Shown here piece by piece: positions 8,608 through 17,273 of a stretch of 43,620 nt of DNA. Both the position numbers and the translations under genes were made by a program. Origin of the DNA: Cycloclasticus sp. (GTDB taxonomy: Bacteria; Pseudomonadota; Gammaproteobacteria; Methylococcales; Cycloclasticaceae); contig JBLIAQ010000001.1 of the NCBI GenBank assembly GCA_047634535.1, positions 1 through 43,620 on the forward strand. Reading direction: 5' to 3'. Each line of letters begins with the position of its first letter. Position 1 is the first letter of the stretch. Under the pieces are notes generated by a model. That model saw only the letters and a program-made list of their open reading frames with translations, searched no databases and was not told the origin of the DNA.

Positions 8608-9828
8608 TTAAAGTACGTTAATACCCATCGCGGACTTAACTTCTTCAAGCGTTTCTTTCGCTACATCTCGAGCTTTTTCGTTACCTTCATTCACTATTGA
8701 GCGCACTAAGTCTGGCTGTTCTGTGTATTCTTTTGCCCGCTCTTGTATAGGTTTCAACTCATGCAAAACAGCCTCAATAACGGGTTGTTTGCAATCCAGG
8801 CAGCCTATACTCGCCGAGCGACAGCCCTGCTGCACCCAGTCGCAGGTTTTTTCATCTGAATACACTTCGTGAAATTGCCATACCGGGCACTTTGCGGGGT
8901 CACCCGGGTCTGTCCTGCGGACCCTGGCAGGATCTGTAGGCATGGTGCGCAATTTTTTCTCAACGTCTTCCGGTTCATCGCGCAAGGCGATGGTATTGTT
9001 ATAAGACTTGGACATTTTTTGTCCGTCTAAACCGGGCATTTTTGGCGATTTAGTCAATAATGCCTTTGGCTCTGGTAGCACGACTCGGCCGCAACCTTCT
9101 ATATAGCCATATAAACGCTCTTTATCGCCAACGGTAATGTTCTGTTGCGCTTCTAATAAGGCTCGAGCAACACCTAGCGCTTCCTGGTCGCCCTCTTGCT
9201 GATAGGCATTGCGCAACTTGATAAACATTTTGGCGTTCTTTTTACCCATTTTTTTGATCGCCGCTTCAGATTTTTCTTCGAAATCGGGTTCGCGGCCATA
9301 CAGATAATTAAATCGTCTGGCGACCTCACGGGTTAATTCAACGTGCGCCACCTGATCAGCTCCAACTGGTACTAAGCCTGCTTTATACATCAGAATATCT
9401 GCGCTTTGCAGCAAGGGGTAACCTAAAAAACCATAGGTCGCCAAGTCTTTTTCTTTTAATTTTTCTTGCTGATCTTTATAACTGGGTACCCGCTCTAGCC
9501 AACCGAGCGGAGTGATCATCGACAGCAATAAATGCAGCTCTGCGTGCTCAGGAATACTGGACTGGATAAACAAGTCCGCCAAACCGTGGTCTACACCCGC
9601 AGCTAGCCAATCAATCACCATATCCCAGGTGCTGTTGGCAATAATGGAAGGGTCTTCATAGTGCGTCGTTAACGCGTGCCAATCGGCGACGAAGAAATAG
9701 CACTTGTAGGTTTGCTGGAGCTCAATCCAGTTTTTAAGAACGCCGTGGTAGTGGCCTAAGTGTAATTGACCTGTCGGTCGCATGCCTGATAAAACCCGAC
9801 GATATTGTGCTGGTACTTCTGAACTCAC
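8608..9828 (-). CDS. trpS: Tryptophan--tRNA ligase
   Basis: SGMRPTGQLHLGH (HIGH), YPLLQSADIL, VPVGADQ and KMSKS motifs; GTG start with an AGGA SD. Confidence 0.97.
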   Translation of the reverse strand: MSSEVPAQYRRVLSGMRPTGQLHLGHYHGVLKNWIELQQTYKCYFFVADWHALTTHYEDPSIIANSTWDMVIDWLAAGVDHGLADLFIQSSIPEHAELHLLLSMITPLGWLERVPSYKDQQEKLKEKDLATYGFLGYPLLQSADILMYKAGLVPVGADQVAHVELTREVARRFNYLYGREPDFEEKSEAAIKKMGKKNAKMFIKLRNAYQQEGDQEALGVARALLEAQQNITVGDKERLYGYIEGCGRVVLPEPKALLTKSPKMPGLDGQKMSKSYNNTIALRDEPEDVEKKLRTMPTDPARVRRTDPGDPAKCPVWQFHEVYSDEKTCDWVQQGCRSASIGCLDCKQPVIEAVLHELKPIQERAKEYTEQPDLVRSIVNEGNEKARDVAKETLEEVKSAMGINVL

Positions 9829-9836
9829 CTTTCCTC

Positions 9837-10496
9837 CTAGAGACCTAACATTTTAAAAATGCTGATTTGTATAAAATACACCGGTGGGCCGAGAATCTTG
9901 GATAACCAGCCCATCGCAATTATAACGATTAAAATAGGTAAGCCGAACCGTTCTAACTTACTAAACTGAAAACTGGCCCTATTTGGCAACAAACCCGCTA
10001 GCACTCGCCCACCATCCAACGGCAAGATCGGCAGTAAATTTAACACCATCAAAATGATATTAATATAGATACCGGCATAACCCATATAAATGAGCGGTGT
10101 TGAAATAAATTCGTTAGAGTCGCCTAACAAGAAACCAATTTTCATTAACACGCCCCATGCGAGGGCCATAAAAAGATTGGCTAATGGCCCCGCTATCGCG
10201 ACATAAACCATATCCCTTTTTGGGTTATTTAAATTATGCCAATTCACCGGGACAGGTTTTGCCCAGCCAAACATAAAGCCACCCAGTAGTAATAGAACAA
10301 CTGGAACGATAACCGTTCCAACCAGATCCATATGACTAATAGGGTTTAAGGTTAAACGGCCCAAACTCTTCGCCGTTTGATCACCCAATTTACTGGCGAC
10401 CCAGCCGTGCGCCACCTCGTGAACGGTAATAGCAAAAATAATGGGCAGCGCCCAAATCGCTATACGACCCGCCAAACTCAATTCATCCATCGGCAT
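9837..10496 (-). CDS. Site-2 protease family (peptidase M50) membrane protein
   Basis: HEVAHG (HExxH), AGPLAN and NLLPILPLDGG motifs. Confidence 0.93.
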   Translation of the reverse strand: MPMDELSLAGRIAIWALPIIFAITVHEVAHGWVASKLGDQTAKSLGRLTLNPISHMDLVGTVIVPVVLLLLGGFMFGWAKPVPVNWHNLNNPKRDMVYVAIAGPLANLFMALAWGVLMKIGFLLGDSNEFISTPLIYMGYAGIYINIILMVLNLLPILPLDGGRVLAGLLPNRASFQFSKLERFGLPILIVIIAMGWLSKILGPPVYFIQISIFKMLGL

Positions 10497-11131
10497 TATT
10501 CGTTACCTTTTTGTGCAATAAAATCAGCCTCTCCTTTGCCCTGGCGTACTATTTCAGGGAAATCATTATCCCAAACCACCATCGTTGTTGGTTGGTACGG
10601 TATCACACCACCGTCAACGACGGCATCTAGCCAACGCCCTATGCTGTTATTAATATCATAAGGATCGGCTATCGCTTCGCGTTCACCTGGCAAAATTAAC
10701 GTGCTGGTCAACATAGGTTCGTTAAGTGCTTCCAGAATTTTTTGCGCCACCAGATTATCCGGTACCCTGATGCCGACGGTTTTTCTGTTCGGGTGCTGCA
10801 ACCTGCGCGGCACTTCTTTGGTCGCCTTTAACACAAAGGTAAACGCGCCTGGAGTCAACGTTTTGAGTAAACGATAGGTGTCGTTATTGACCTGTGCGTA
10901 GCTGGAAATTTCGGTTAGGTCGCGACACACCAGGGTGAAATTATGTTTGTCGTCAATACGACGAATCTGTCGAATGCGATCAATCGCTTGCTTATCCCCC
11001 AAATGGCACGCTAAGGCGTATGACGAGTCGGTAGGGTAAGCGATAACACCGCCACCACGAATAATATCAACTACCTGCTGAATTAAGCGTTGCTGCGGAT
11101 TTTCGGGGTGAATTTCTATATATTTGGCCAT
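10496..11131 (-). CDS. yciO: Sua5/YciO/YrdC family protein (TsaC paralog YciO)
   Basis: IHPENPQQRLI, YPTDSSYAL, HNFTLVCRDL and GIRVPD motifs. Confidence 0.9.
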   Translation of the reverse strand: MAKYIEIHPENPQQRLIQQVVDIIRGGGVIAYPTDSSYALACHLGDKQAIDRIRQIRRIDDKHNFTLVCRDLTEISSYAQVNNDTYRLLKTLTPGAFTFVLKATKEVPRRLQHPNRKTVGIRVPDNLVAQKILEALNEPMLTSTLILPGEREAIADPYDINNSIGRWLDAVVDGGVIPYQPTTMVVWDNDFPEIVRQGKGEADFIAQKGNE

Positions 11132-11132
11132 C

Positions 11133-11816
11133 TTATTGTTGCGCTTTTTTCTTTGCTACATTATCGCGCAAATAAACCGGTTGTGCGCTTTCTGCGGCAA
11201 CTGTACGCCCATTTCTTACCGCCTCTTTTGCTAAGAATGCCACTTCTTTTGCTGCTGGCAATGCATCAGGCAATATAAATAACTCATCAGCTTTAACTAG
11301 CTGCGACAATTCTTCAGCGTACGTTCTCCAGCCGTGACCAATGCCGACAGCCATTTTCCCGTGTTCAGCATGAATTTTATTGGGCGCTCTAACCGCCTCA
11401 TCGCTGACCTGTTGCAAGACCGCATGACGGACGACATATTCACACCAGTACACCTCGCCCATTCTTGCATCTAGCGCGGCGTAAATTGTTTTACCTTCAT
11501 GTGCAGCCACTGCTTGTTGCGCTAAAGCGGCTAGTGTTGATATCGGCGCAACGGGCAGGCCTGCCCCATACGCCAGGCCCTGAATAACTCCCGTTGCCAT
11601 CCGAACACCGGTGAACGAACCGGGGCCTCGGCCAAAGGCCAAGGCGTCCAGTTGTTGTAAGTTGATGCCAGCTTCTGCCAACAACTCATCGAGCATCGGC
11701 AAAATTAAATTTCCATGTTCCCGTGGCGCTATCTGGAAGCGATCAATCACTTCGTCACCGATTAATAGCGCCGCTGAACAGGCTTCTGTTGCGGTTTCAA
11801 TGGCGAGTATTTTCAT
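11133..11816 (-). CDS. tsaB: tRNA threonylcarbamoyladenosine biosynthesis protein TsaB
   Basis: ILAIETATEACSAAL, GRGPGSFTGVR, LDARMGEVY and PVYLR motifs. Confidence 0.96.
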   Translation of the reverse strand: MKILAIETATEACSAALLIGDEVIDRFQIAPREHGNLILPMLDELLAEAGINLQQLDALAFGRGPGSFTGVRMATGVIQGLAYGAGLPVAPISTLAALAQQAVAAHEGKTIYAALDARMGEVYWCEYVVRHAVLQQVSDEAVRAPNKIHAEHGKMAVGIGHGWRTYAEELSQLVKADELFILPDALPAAKEVAFLAKEAVRNGRTVAAESAQPVYLRDNVAKKKAQQ

Positions 11817-13753
11817 GCGCTTTTTGCTGACTTTGCAGGGCTATTGATACGATGGAAAAAACGATTCACGTCATTTATATCTTGCGTAATAGGCATCGAT
11901 GGTAATGATTTAACAAAAATTTTGCCGTAGCCTTTACTCGACAACCTTGGGTCACATAAAACCAGTACGCCTTTATCTTCCACGTCACGAATAAGTCGAC
12001 CAACGCCCTGTTTAAGGGTGAGTGCCGCCGAGGGAAGTTGAAAGTCGGAAAAAGGTGATTGCCCATTTGCCTCCATATAGGCCAATCTGGCTTTTGTCAC
12101 TGGATCGCCCGGCGAAGCAAACGGCAGTTTATCAATAATCACACACGACAGTGCTTCACCGCGCACGTCAACACCTTCCCAAAAGCTGGCGGTTCCCAAC
12201 AATACAGCCCTATCTGAACGCCGGAACGTTTCCAGCATTTGTTGCTTTGGCAAATCACCCTGAACCAAAAGTTTGAAATTTGTTTCTGCTAACAAAATAG
12301 TGGCCGCTTCCTGCAATGCTCGATGACTGGTGAAAAGAATAAAAGCGCGGCCTTCGCTGGCTTCTAATACAGGAATGATTTTTTCGATCATGACCGCTGT
12401 ATAGTCTCGATCTCGCGGTTCGGGCAAGCCACTGGGTACGTACATCAATGATTGGTGCACAAAGTCAAACGGGCTTTCCCACATCCCCGTTTCGGCTTCC
12501 TGCAAACCTAATCGCTGGGTAAAAAAATCAAACTTGCCATTAACCGACAAGGTGGCCGAGGTGAAAACCCAACTGGCTTCTGTAGCGAAAGCAAAATTTG
12601 CGAACATTTTCGATATATCCAGCGGCGTTCGGTAAAAAGAAAAGCTTCTGTGGAAGGTTTCAAACCATTGAATCCAGTCTTCCTTATCCTGTTTAAGGAA
12701 AAGCTTTAAACGTTGTAATATGTCTTCACACCTTTTCCAGCAGGACTCTAGACCTTTAGAACGGACAGCCGATTTAGTCAGCACTTTAAATAATTGCTCT
12801 AATCGATCACACAGGCAATTCAGAGCGTGTGAAAAGTTGTTTAAGTCTTCCAGCTCATCCCACGAACCTTTTACTGACTGGTCTGGCATTAATTTACGCA
12901 GTTCACGTATATCCTCATTAATCACCTGGGCTAAATCGATCAACGCCGGGGTATCCGAGGCGACTTTCAATTGCTCAACATTGATATCACTGAGTAGTGA
13001 CAGAATTTGGCGCGCGCTCAGCGAGATGCCTAAAAATCGCGAGGCGGTATCAATTAGCTGATGGGCCTCATCTATAATAATTAATTCTGCTTCGGGTAAT
13101 AATTGGCCAAACCCATCATCTTTTAGTGACCAGTCCGCACAAAGCAGGTGGTGATTGACAATCAATACATCAACTTCTTGCGCCGTCTTTCTTGCTTTTA
13201 ACAGGTGGCATTCGGCCACCATCGGACATTCTTGCCCTAAGCAATTGTCCGCGGTAGAGGTTACTTGCTGCCAAACAGCCGAATCCTCTGCGACTGAGGA
13301 AACTTCTACGATATCACCATTAGTCGTTTGATTTGACCAACGTTGTATTTCCCTCAGTTCTGCCTCCAGCTCTTTATCAAAGCCAGAGGTTTGTATTTGA
13401 GCCTGATCCAGCCGATATAAACACAGGTAATTGGAGCGGCCTTTTAACATAGCCGCCTGTACGGGCACTTTTAGCGCATCGCGAACCAGGGGGAAATCCT
13501 TCTCAAAAATTTGATCCTGGAGGTTACGTGTACCGGTTGAAATGATCGTTTTTTTGCCCGATAAAATAGCAGGCACAAGGTACGCGAAAGTTTTACCCGT
13601 ACCGGTGCCCGCTTCGGCTACCAGGTGCGTTTGTCGTTCAATGGCCTGCTCAATAGCTTGCGCCATCGATAACTGCCCCTTACGCGGCTGAAAACCTTTG
13701 ATAACTTTAACCAGCTCACCGTTGGAGCCGAATATTGATTCGAGATCGTGCAA
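11813..13753 (-). CDS. yoaA: ATP-dependent DNA helicase YoaA (DinG/XPD family, Fe-S)
   Basis: EAGTGTGKT, Fe-S cysteines (NYLC; NCLGQECPMVAEC), DEAH, TSAT, FWEGVD and QGVGRLIR; directly upstream of tsaB, as in E. coli. Confidence 0.93.
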   Translation of the reverse strand: MHDLESIFGSNGELVKVIKGFQPRKGQLSMAQAIEQAIERQTHLVAEAGTGTGKTFAYLVPAILSGKKTIISTGTRNLQDQIFEKDFPLVRDALKVPVQAAMLKGRSNYLCLYRLDQAQIQTSGFDKELEAELREIQRWSNQTTNGDIVEVSSVAEDSAVWQQVTSTADNCLGQECPMVAECHLLKARKTAQEVDVLIVNHHLLCADWSLKDDGFGQLLPEAELIIIDEAHQLIDTASRFLGISLSARQILSLLSDINVEQLKVASDTPALIDLAQVINEDIRELRKLMPDQSVKGSWDELEDLNNFSHALNCLCDRLEQLFKVLTKSAVRSKGLESCWKRCEDILQRLKLFLKQDKEDWIQWFETFHRSFSFYRTPLDISKMFANFAFATEASWVFTSATLSVNGKFDFFTQRLGLQEAETGMWESPFDFVHQSLMYVPSGLPEPRDRDYTAVMIEKIIPVLEASEGRAFILFTSHRALQEAATILLAETNFKLLVQGDLPKQQMLETFRRSDRAVLLGTASFWEGVDVRGEALSCVIIDKLPFASPGDPVTKARLAYMEANGQSPFSDFQLPSAALTLKQGVGRLIRDVEDKGVLVLCDPRLSSKGYGKIFVKSLPSMPITQDINDVNRFFHRINSPAKSAKSA

Positions 13754-13785
13754 AAGAGTATCCGCTGTAGAGTCAGTGAGTTGTT

Positions 13786-14286
13786 TTATTCATGCCAGGC
13801 AGAACCATCAAGGCCTTCTTCTTGCGTCCAGACCAAGGTAGCTATATTGCGGAACTTCGCAACCGACATCGCTCCTCGTTTCATACGACCTGAGTTATCA
13901 TTCAAATTGTCGAAAATATCGTGCCGCGTCGCTTCAAATATTTCAATCGGCATATAGTCGTCATTCATTAACACCAACATTACCGAATCCCATTCTTTAT
14001 CGAGTTTAAGCTGTCCAAGCCGCTGACCTCGGTAGTTATCATTGAAAATGGTTCTGGCTTTGATTTGAATACGCTGCGGCCCTGTCGCTGCAATACGCCT
14101 TGCATCAAAGCCCGCAGAACGATCCTTACAGAGTTCCAGTCCTATTAGCTTTGCAGCGTCGTGCTCTGCAATTTCATTACTAACACCTGGTAACGGTTTA
14201 TCGGTCATTCTTTTGTAGTCTGCCGCCAGTTGCCGGGCTTGTTCTATCAGCTTATCAACGGAATAAATGTTTGTCGGCAACGGCAT
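13786..14286 (-). CDS. Hypothetical protein with a PD-(D/E)xK nuclease-like motif (DUF6998-like)
   Basis: EIAEHDA...AGFDA...RIQIKAR pattern; 166 aa; tightly embedded in the operon. The family assignment is from recall only. Confidence 0.65.
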   Translation of the reverse strand: MPLPTNIYSVDKLIEQARQLAADYKRMTDKPLPGVSNEIAEHDAAKLIGLELCKDRSAGFDARRIAATGPQRIQIKARTIFNDNYRGQRLGQLKLDKEWDSVMLVLMNDDYMPIEIFEATRHDIFDNLNDNSGRMKRGAMSVAKFRNIATLVWTQEEGLDGSAWHE

Positions 14287-14289
14287 AAA

Positions 14290-14841
14290 CTAATACAGCC
14301 TGTTTGCGTTAATTCGGGCCTGCCTTGCCAACTCTGCATTTCCTGCTAGCTCATAACTTTTTGCTATTAATATCCAGTTATTGCGCAGCAAATTATTATC
14401 ATTTTCTATCAATGCATTAGACTTTTTAGCCAGACTGATGGCCATATCAAGCTTGTTTTGTTGCAAGCGTATTTTTGCTAATTCGTGCCACACAACAGGA
14501 TCACGAGGCGCGATACGCACCGCGCGCTCTAACTTAGACGCCGCGACGTCGAACTGCCCTTGTTCACTTTCATTTAGAGCGTTATCGAGTAACGCAATAA
14601 CAGCCGGGTTTTGTGCCTCAGGAACGGGTTTGCTTTGAACGCCGTAACTGTTGTCAGCATCGGCTTGAGCTGGGTCATCCATCGGATACGTTTTGGCCGT
14701 ACCCGGCGTTTGTGAAGAAGGATACGCGGCTGCCTCACCTGATCGACCCACTGGTGCGGGTACCTGCTTATACATTGATAAATCAGCACACGCCGACAGG
14801 ACAAGCGTTAGCAAAACCAGGGATATTAATTTTATCTTCAT
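14290..14841 (-). CDS. lpoP: TPR lipoprotein, probable PBP1B activator LpoP
   Basis: Lipobox LSAC, disordered linker and C-terminal TPRs (AASKLERAVRIAPRDPVVWHELAKIRL); abuts the mrcB stop, as in Pseudomonas. Confidence 0.78.
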   Translation of the reverse strand: MKIKLISLVLLTLVLSACADLSMYKQVPAPVGRSGEAAAYPSSQTPGTAKTYPMDDPAQADADNSYGVQSKPVPEAQNPAVIALLDNALNESEQGQFDVAASKLERAVRIAPRDPVVWHELAKIRLQQNKLDMAISLAKKSNALIENDNNLLRNNWILIAKSYELAGNAELARQARINANRLY

Positions 14842-17199
14842 TTATCTGTCATTTATCACGCCATCTAACCAGCGACTTGCACGTTCCAATGCCCCGCCAA
14901 TAGTCCCAACGCACGGCGAAAATTCTGTCGGAGCGGAGCCTTTTATAAATGGATATTGTACAGCATTCGCACAAAACTCATTAGCTCGATATCCCAACGA
15001 GTCAACCCACACATATTCAATGTCCTCGGGTTGTGTAAGTCGCACATTTTGCCTTGAAATAGCAGCCATAACGCTAGACCAAACTTGCAATGCTCCGCTA
15101 GCACCTGTTAATTTGGAAGGCTTATTATCGTCCAGACCTAACCAAACAACCGCTAAATAATCACCGCTAAAGCCAGCAAACCAGCTATCTCTGAGGTCAT
15201 CTGTCGTGCCTGTTTTGCCAGCGAATTTAAAGTCTGGCGATATTTGCTGGTAGGCTGATCGCCCAGTACCACTAGACACAGCTTCTTGCAAAGCTGTATT
15301 AACTAAATAAACAGCGGATGGATCAGCCACCTGGTGAACGCTGAGTGGGTAACGCTGAAGGGCCGAGTGCTCGCTTGATGTTACCGACTGAATTGATCTG
15401 AGTTGACTGTAAAAACCTTCACCGGCCAGGGTTTGATAAATTTGCGTGACGTCAAAGGGAGACATCGGAGTAGCTCCAAGTAGCAACGATGGGTAGGGTT
15501 TAAGTGGACGCGAAGCACCAAGAGCTTCTAAAGTCAGCTTAACATTGGGTACCTTCAACTCCATTCCCAATTTAACCGTGGCCAAATTATAAGAGTGCGC
15601 CAAAGCGGTATGTAATGGCACCAGGCCGTGCTCGACCTTGTCGTAGTTTTTCGGCGCCCAAAGCTCTCCGGAACGTTGCTTTAAACTGATCGACGTATCA
15701 TCAAGCAGACTGATGAGCGTGTATTTAGACGGTTGGGATAAGGCGGTTAAATACACCGCGGGTTTAACCAGCGATCCAATCGGTCTTAATGCATCTAAAG
15801 CGCGATTAAAACCACTAAACTGAGGGTTTCTATCACCAATTATGGTAACAATTTCACCACTTTCACGACGTGTAATCACCATTGCGCCCTGCAACTGTCC
15901 TGGTTCAATCGCGTATTGTTTATTCAGCGCTTCCAGTTTCCGTTTAAAAAGCTTTTCGGCTGTTGTTTGAATGGTGTAGTCCAAGGTCGAGAATATATTT
16001 AAGCCTTCTGAATTGATATCTTCTTCCTTGTAATCACGACCCAGCTGTCTTTTAACCAGATCGAGTAAGGCAGGAAAACGTGAACTCTTAACTTGTTTAA
16101 AAGGCGATATATCAATAGCAAAACGTTGCGCCGCTATGCTTTGCTGTTTAGGCAATAAGTCCAGAGCAACCATCTCGTTTAACACTAAGTTACGTCTTTC
16201 AATGGCGCGATCTGGGTGCCTGCGTGGATCATAATACGACGGCCCCTTAACCAAACCGACAAGTAATGCTACCTGGTGTGGTTTTAGTTCCACGAGCGGC
16301 TTATTAAAGTAAAAAACGCTGGCCATTCCGAAACCATTAATCGATCTTTCGCCATCTTGCCCGAGAAAAACTTCGTTTAAGTAAGCTTCTAAAATCTCAT
16401 TTTTTTGGTACCGAATTTCAAGGATAATGGCCATTACGGCTTCTTTTATTTTGCGCCAAAGCGTTCTTTCCGAGGTTAAATAGAAATTCTTAACTAGCTG
16501 TTGGGTAAGCGTACTACCGCCTTGCACGACACCTCCCGCTTTTAAGTTTTCCCACATTGCCCTCAAGATGGATTTAGCAGACACTCCATAGTGCTGATAA
16601 AAGTCTCGATCTTCGATGGCAACCAGACCGTCGATTAAGGTGCGGGGGACCTCATCAATTCGTACTAGAATTCTATCTTCTTTATGACTCGGGTAAAAAC
16701 TACCTACTTTGACCGGATCTAAGCGAAGTAGAGCAATTGCTTTACCAGTGGCCGAATCATGGATAGCTGAAATAGTATGCTGATTAAAAGATACTTTAAC
16801 GGTTTTAGATTTTTCCTTGCCGTCCCAGAAAGTAAATGCACGCGTTTTGAGGGAAAACACTTGGCCTGAGCGGGAATAAGCCCCTCCAGACGATAAATTC
16901 CTAGTACGTCGATAGTGCAAATCGGCTAATAAGGATTCAAATTGGCGCACCGTTAGTGACAAACCTTGATACAGCTCAACGGGATTAGCATAAACGTGCG
17001 CGGGCAACTCCCATCGTTTACCTTCGAATTGAGTGCGCACGAGGTAGTCCAGGTAAAATACGTATGCCGTTCCAATAACGACTAAAGCAAGTACCAGCTT
17101 GAAGAAAAAACGGTTAAAAAAGAAGCTGGCTTTGCTTTTGACTTTTACTTTTTTAGTGGTTCTTTTACGAGGTTTTGATTGGGGTTTTGGCTTAGCCAT
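14842..17199 (-). CDS. mrcB: Penicillin-binding protein 1B
   Basis: TM anchor, UB2H region, EDRDFYQH, GGSTLTQQLVKN, SxxK (SLVK), SxN (SYN) and KTG motifs. Confidence 0.96.
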   Translation of the reverse strand: MAKPKPQSKPRKRTTKKVKVKSKASFFFNRFFFKLVLALVVIGTAYVFYLDYLVRTQFEGKRWELPAHVYANPVELYQGLSLTVRQFESLLADLHYRRTRNLSSGGAYSRSGQVFSLKTRAFTFWDGKEKSKTVKVSFNQHTISAIHDSATGKAIALLRLDPVKVGSFYPSHKEDRILVRIDEVPRTLIDGLVAIEDRDFYQHYGVSAKSILRAMWENLKAGGVVQGGSTLTQQLVKNFYLTSERTLWRKIKEAVMAIILEIRYQKNEILEAYLNEVFLGQDGERSINGFGMASVFYFNKPLVELKPHQVALLVGLVKGPSYYDPRRHPDRAIERRNLVLNEMVALDLLPKQQSIAAQRFAIDISPFKQVKSSRFPALLDLVKRQLGRDYKEEDINSEGLNIFSTLDYTIQTTAEKLFKRKLEALNKQYAIEPGQLQGAMVITRRESGEIVTIIGDRNPQFSGFNRALDALRPIGSLVKPAVYLTALSQPSKYTLISLLDDTSISLKQRSGELWAPKNYDKVEHGLVPLHTALAHSYNLATVKLGMELKVPNVKLTLEALGASRPLKPYPSLLLGATPMSPFDVTQIYQTLAGEGFYSQLRSIQSVTSSEHSALQRYPLSVHQVADPSAVYLVNTALQEAVSSGTGRSAYQQISPDFKFAGKTGTTDDLRDSWFAGFSGDYLAVVWLGLDDNKPSKLTGASGALQVWSSVMAAISRQNVRLTQPEDIEYVWVDSLGYRANEFCANAVQYPFIKGSAPTEFSPCVGTIGGALERASRWLDGVINDR

Positions 17200-17273
17200 A
17201 CATTCGACGCTTTAACTAGATCACAGCACAAATGCCGGGATATTCGGCCAGATATCATGTCATATAAAAACTT

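Noticed and set aside
8608-9828. TrpS is unusually long (406 aa) with an internal helical insertion
   Set aside because: Long-form TrpRS with this insertion is common in beta- and gammaproteobacteria; it has no intein features.
14381-15160. Antisense and alternate-frame ORFs (e.g. 14693-15160; also 30572-30988, 38932-39336, 26038-26415)
   Set aside because: These are shadows of well-conserved genes on the opposite strand, with no SD or recognisable motifs.
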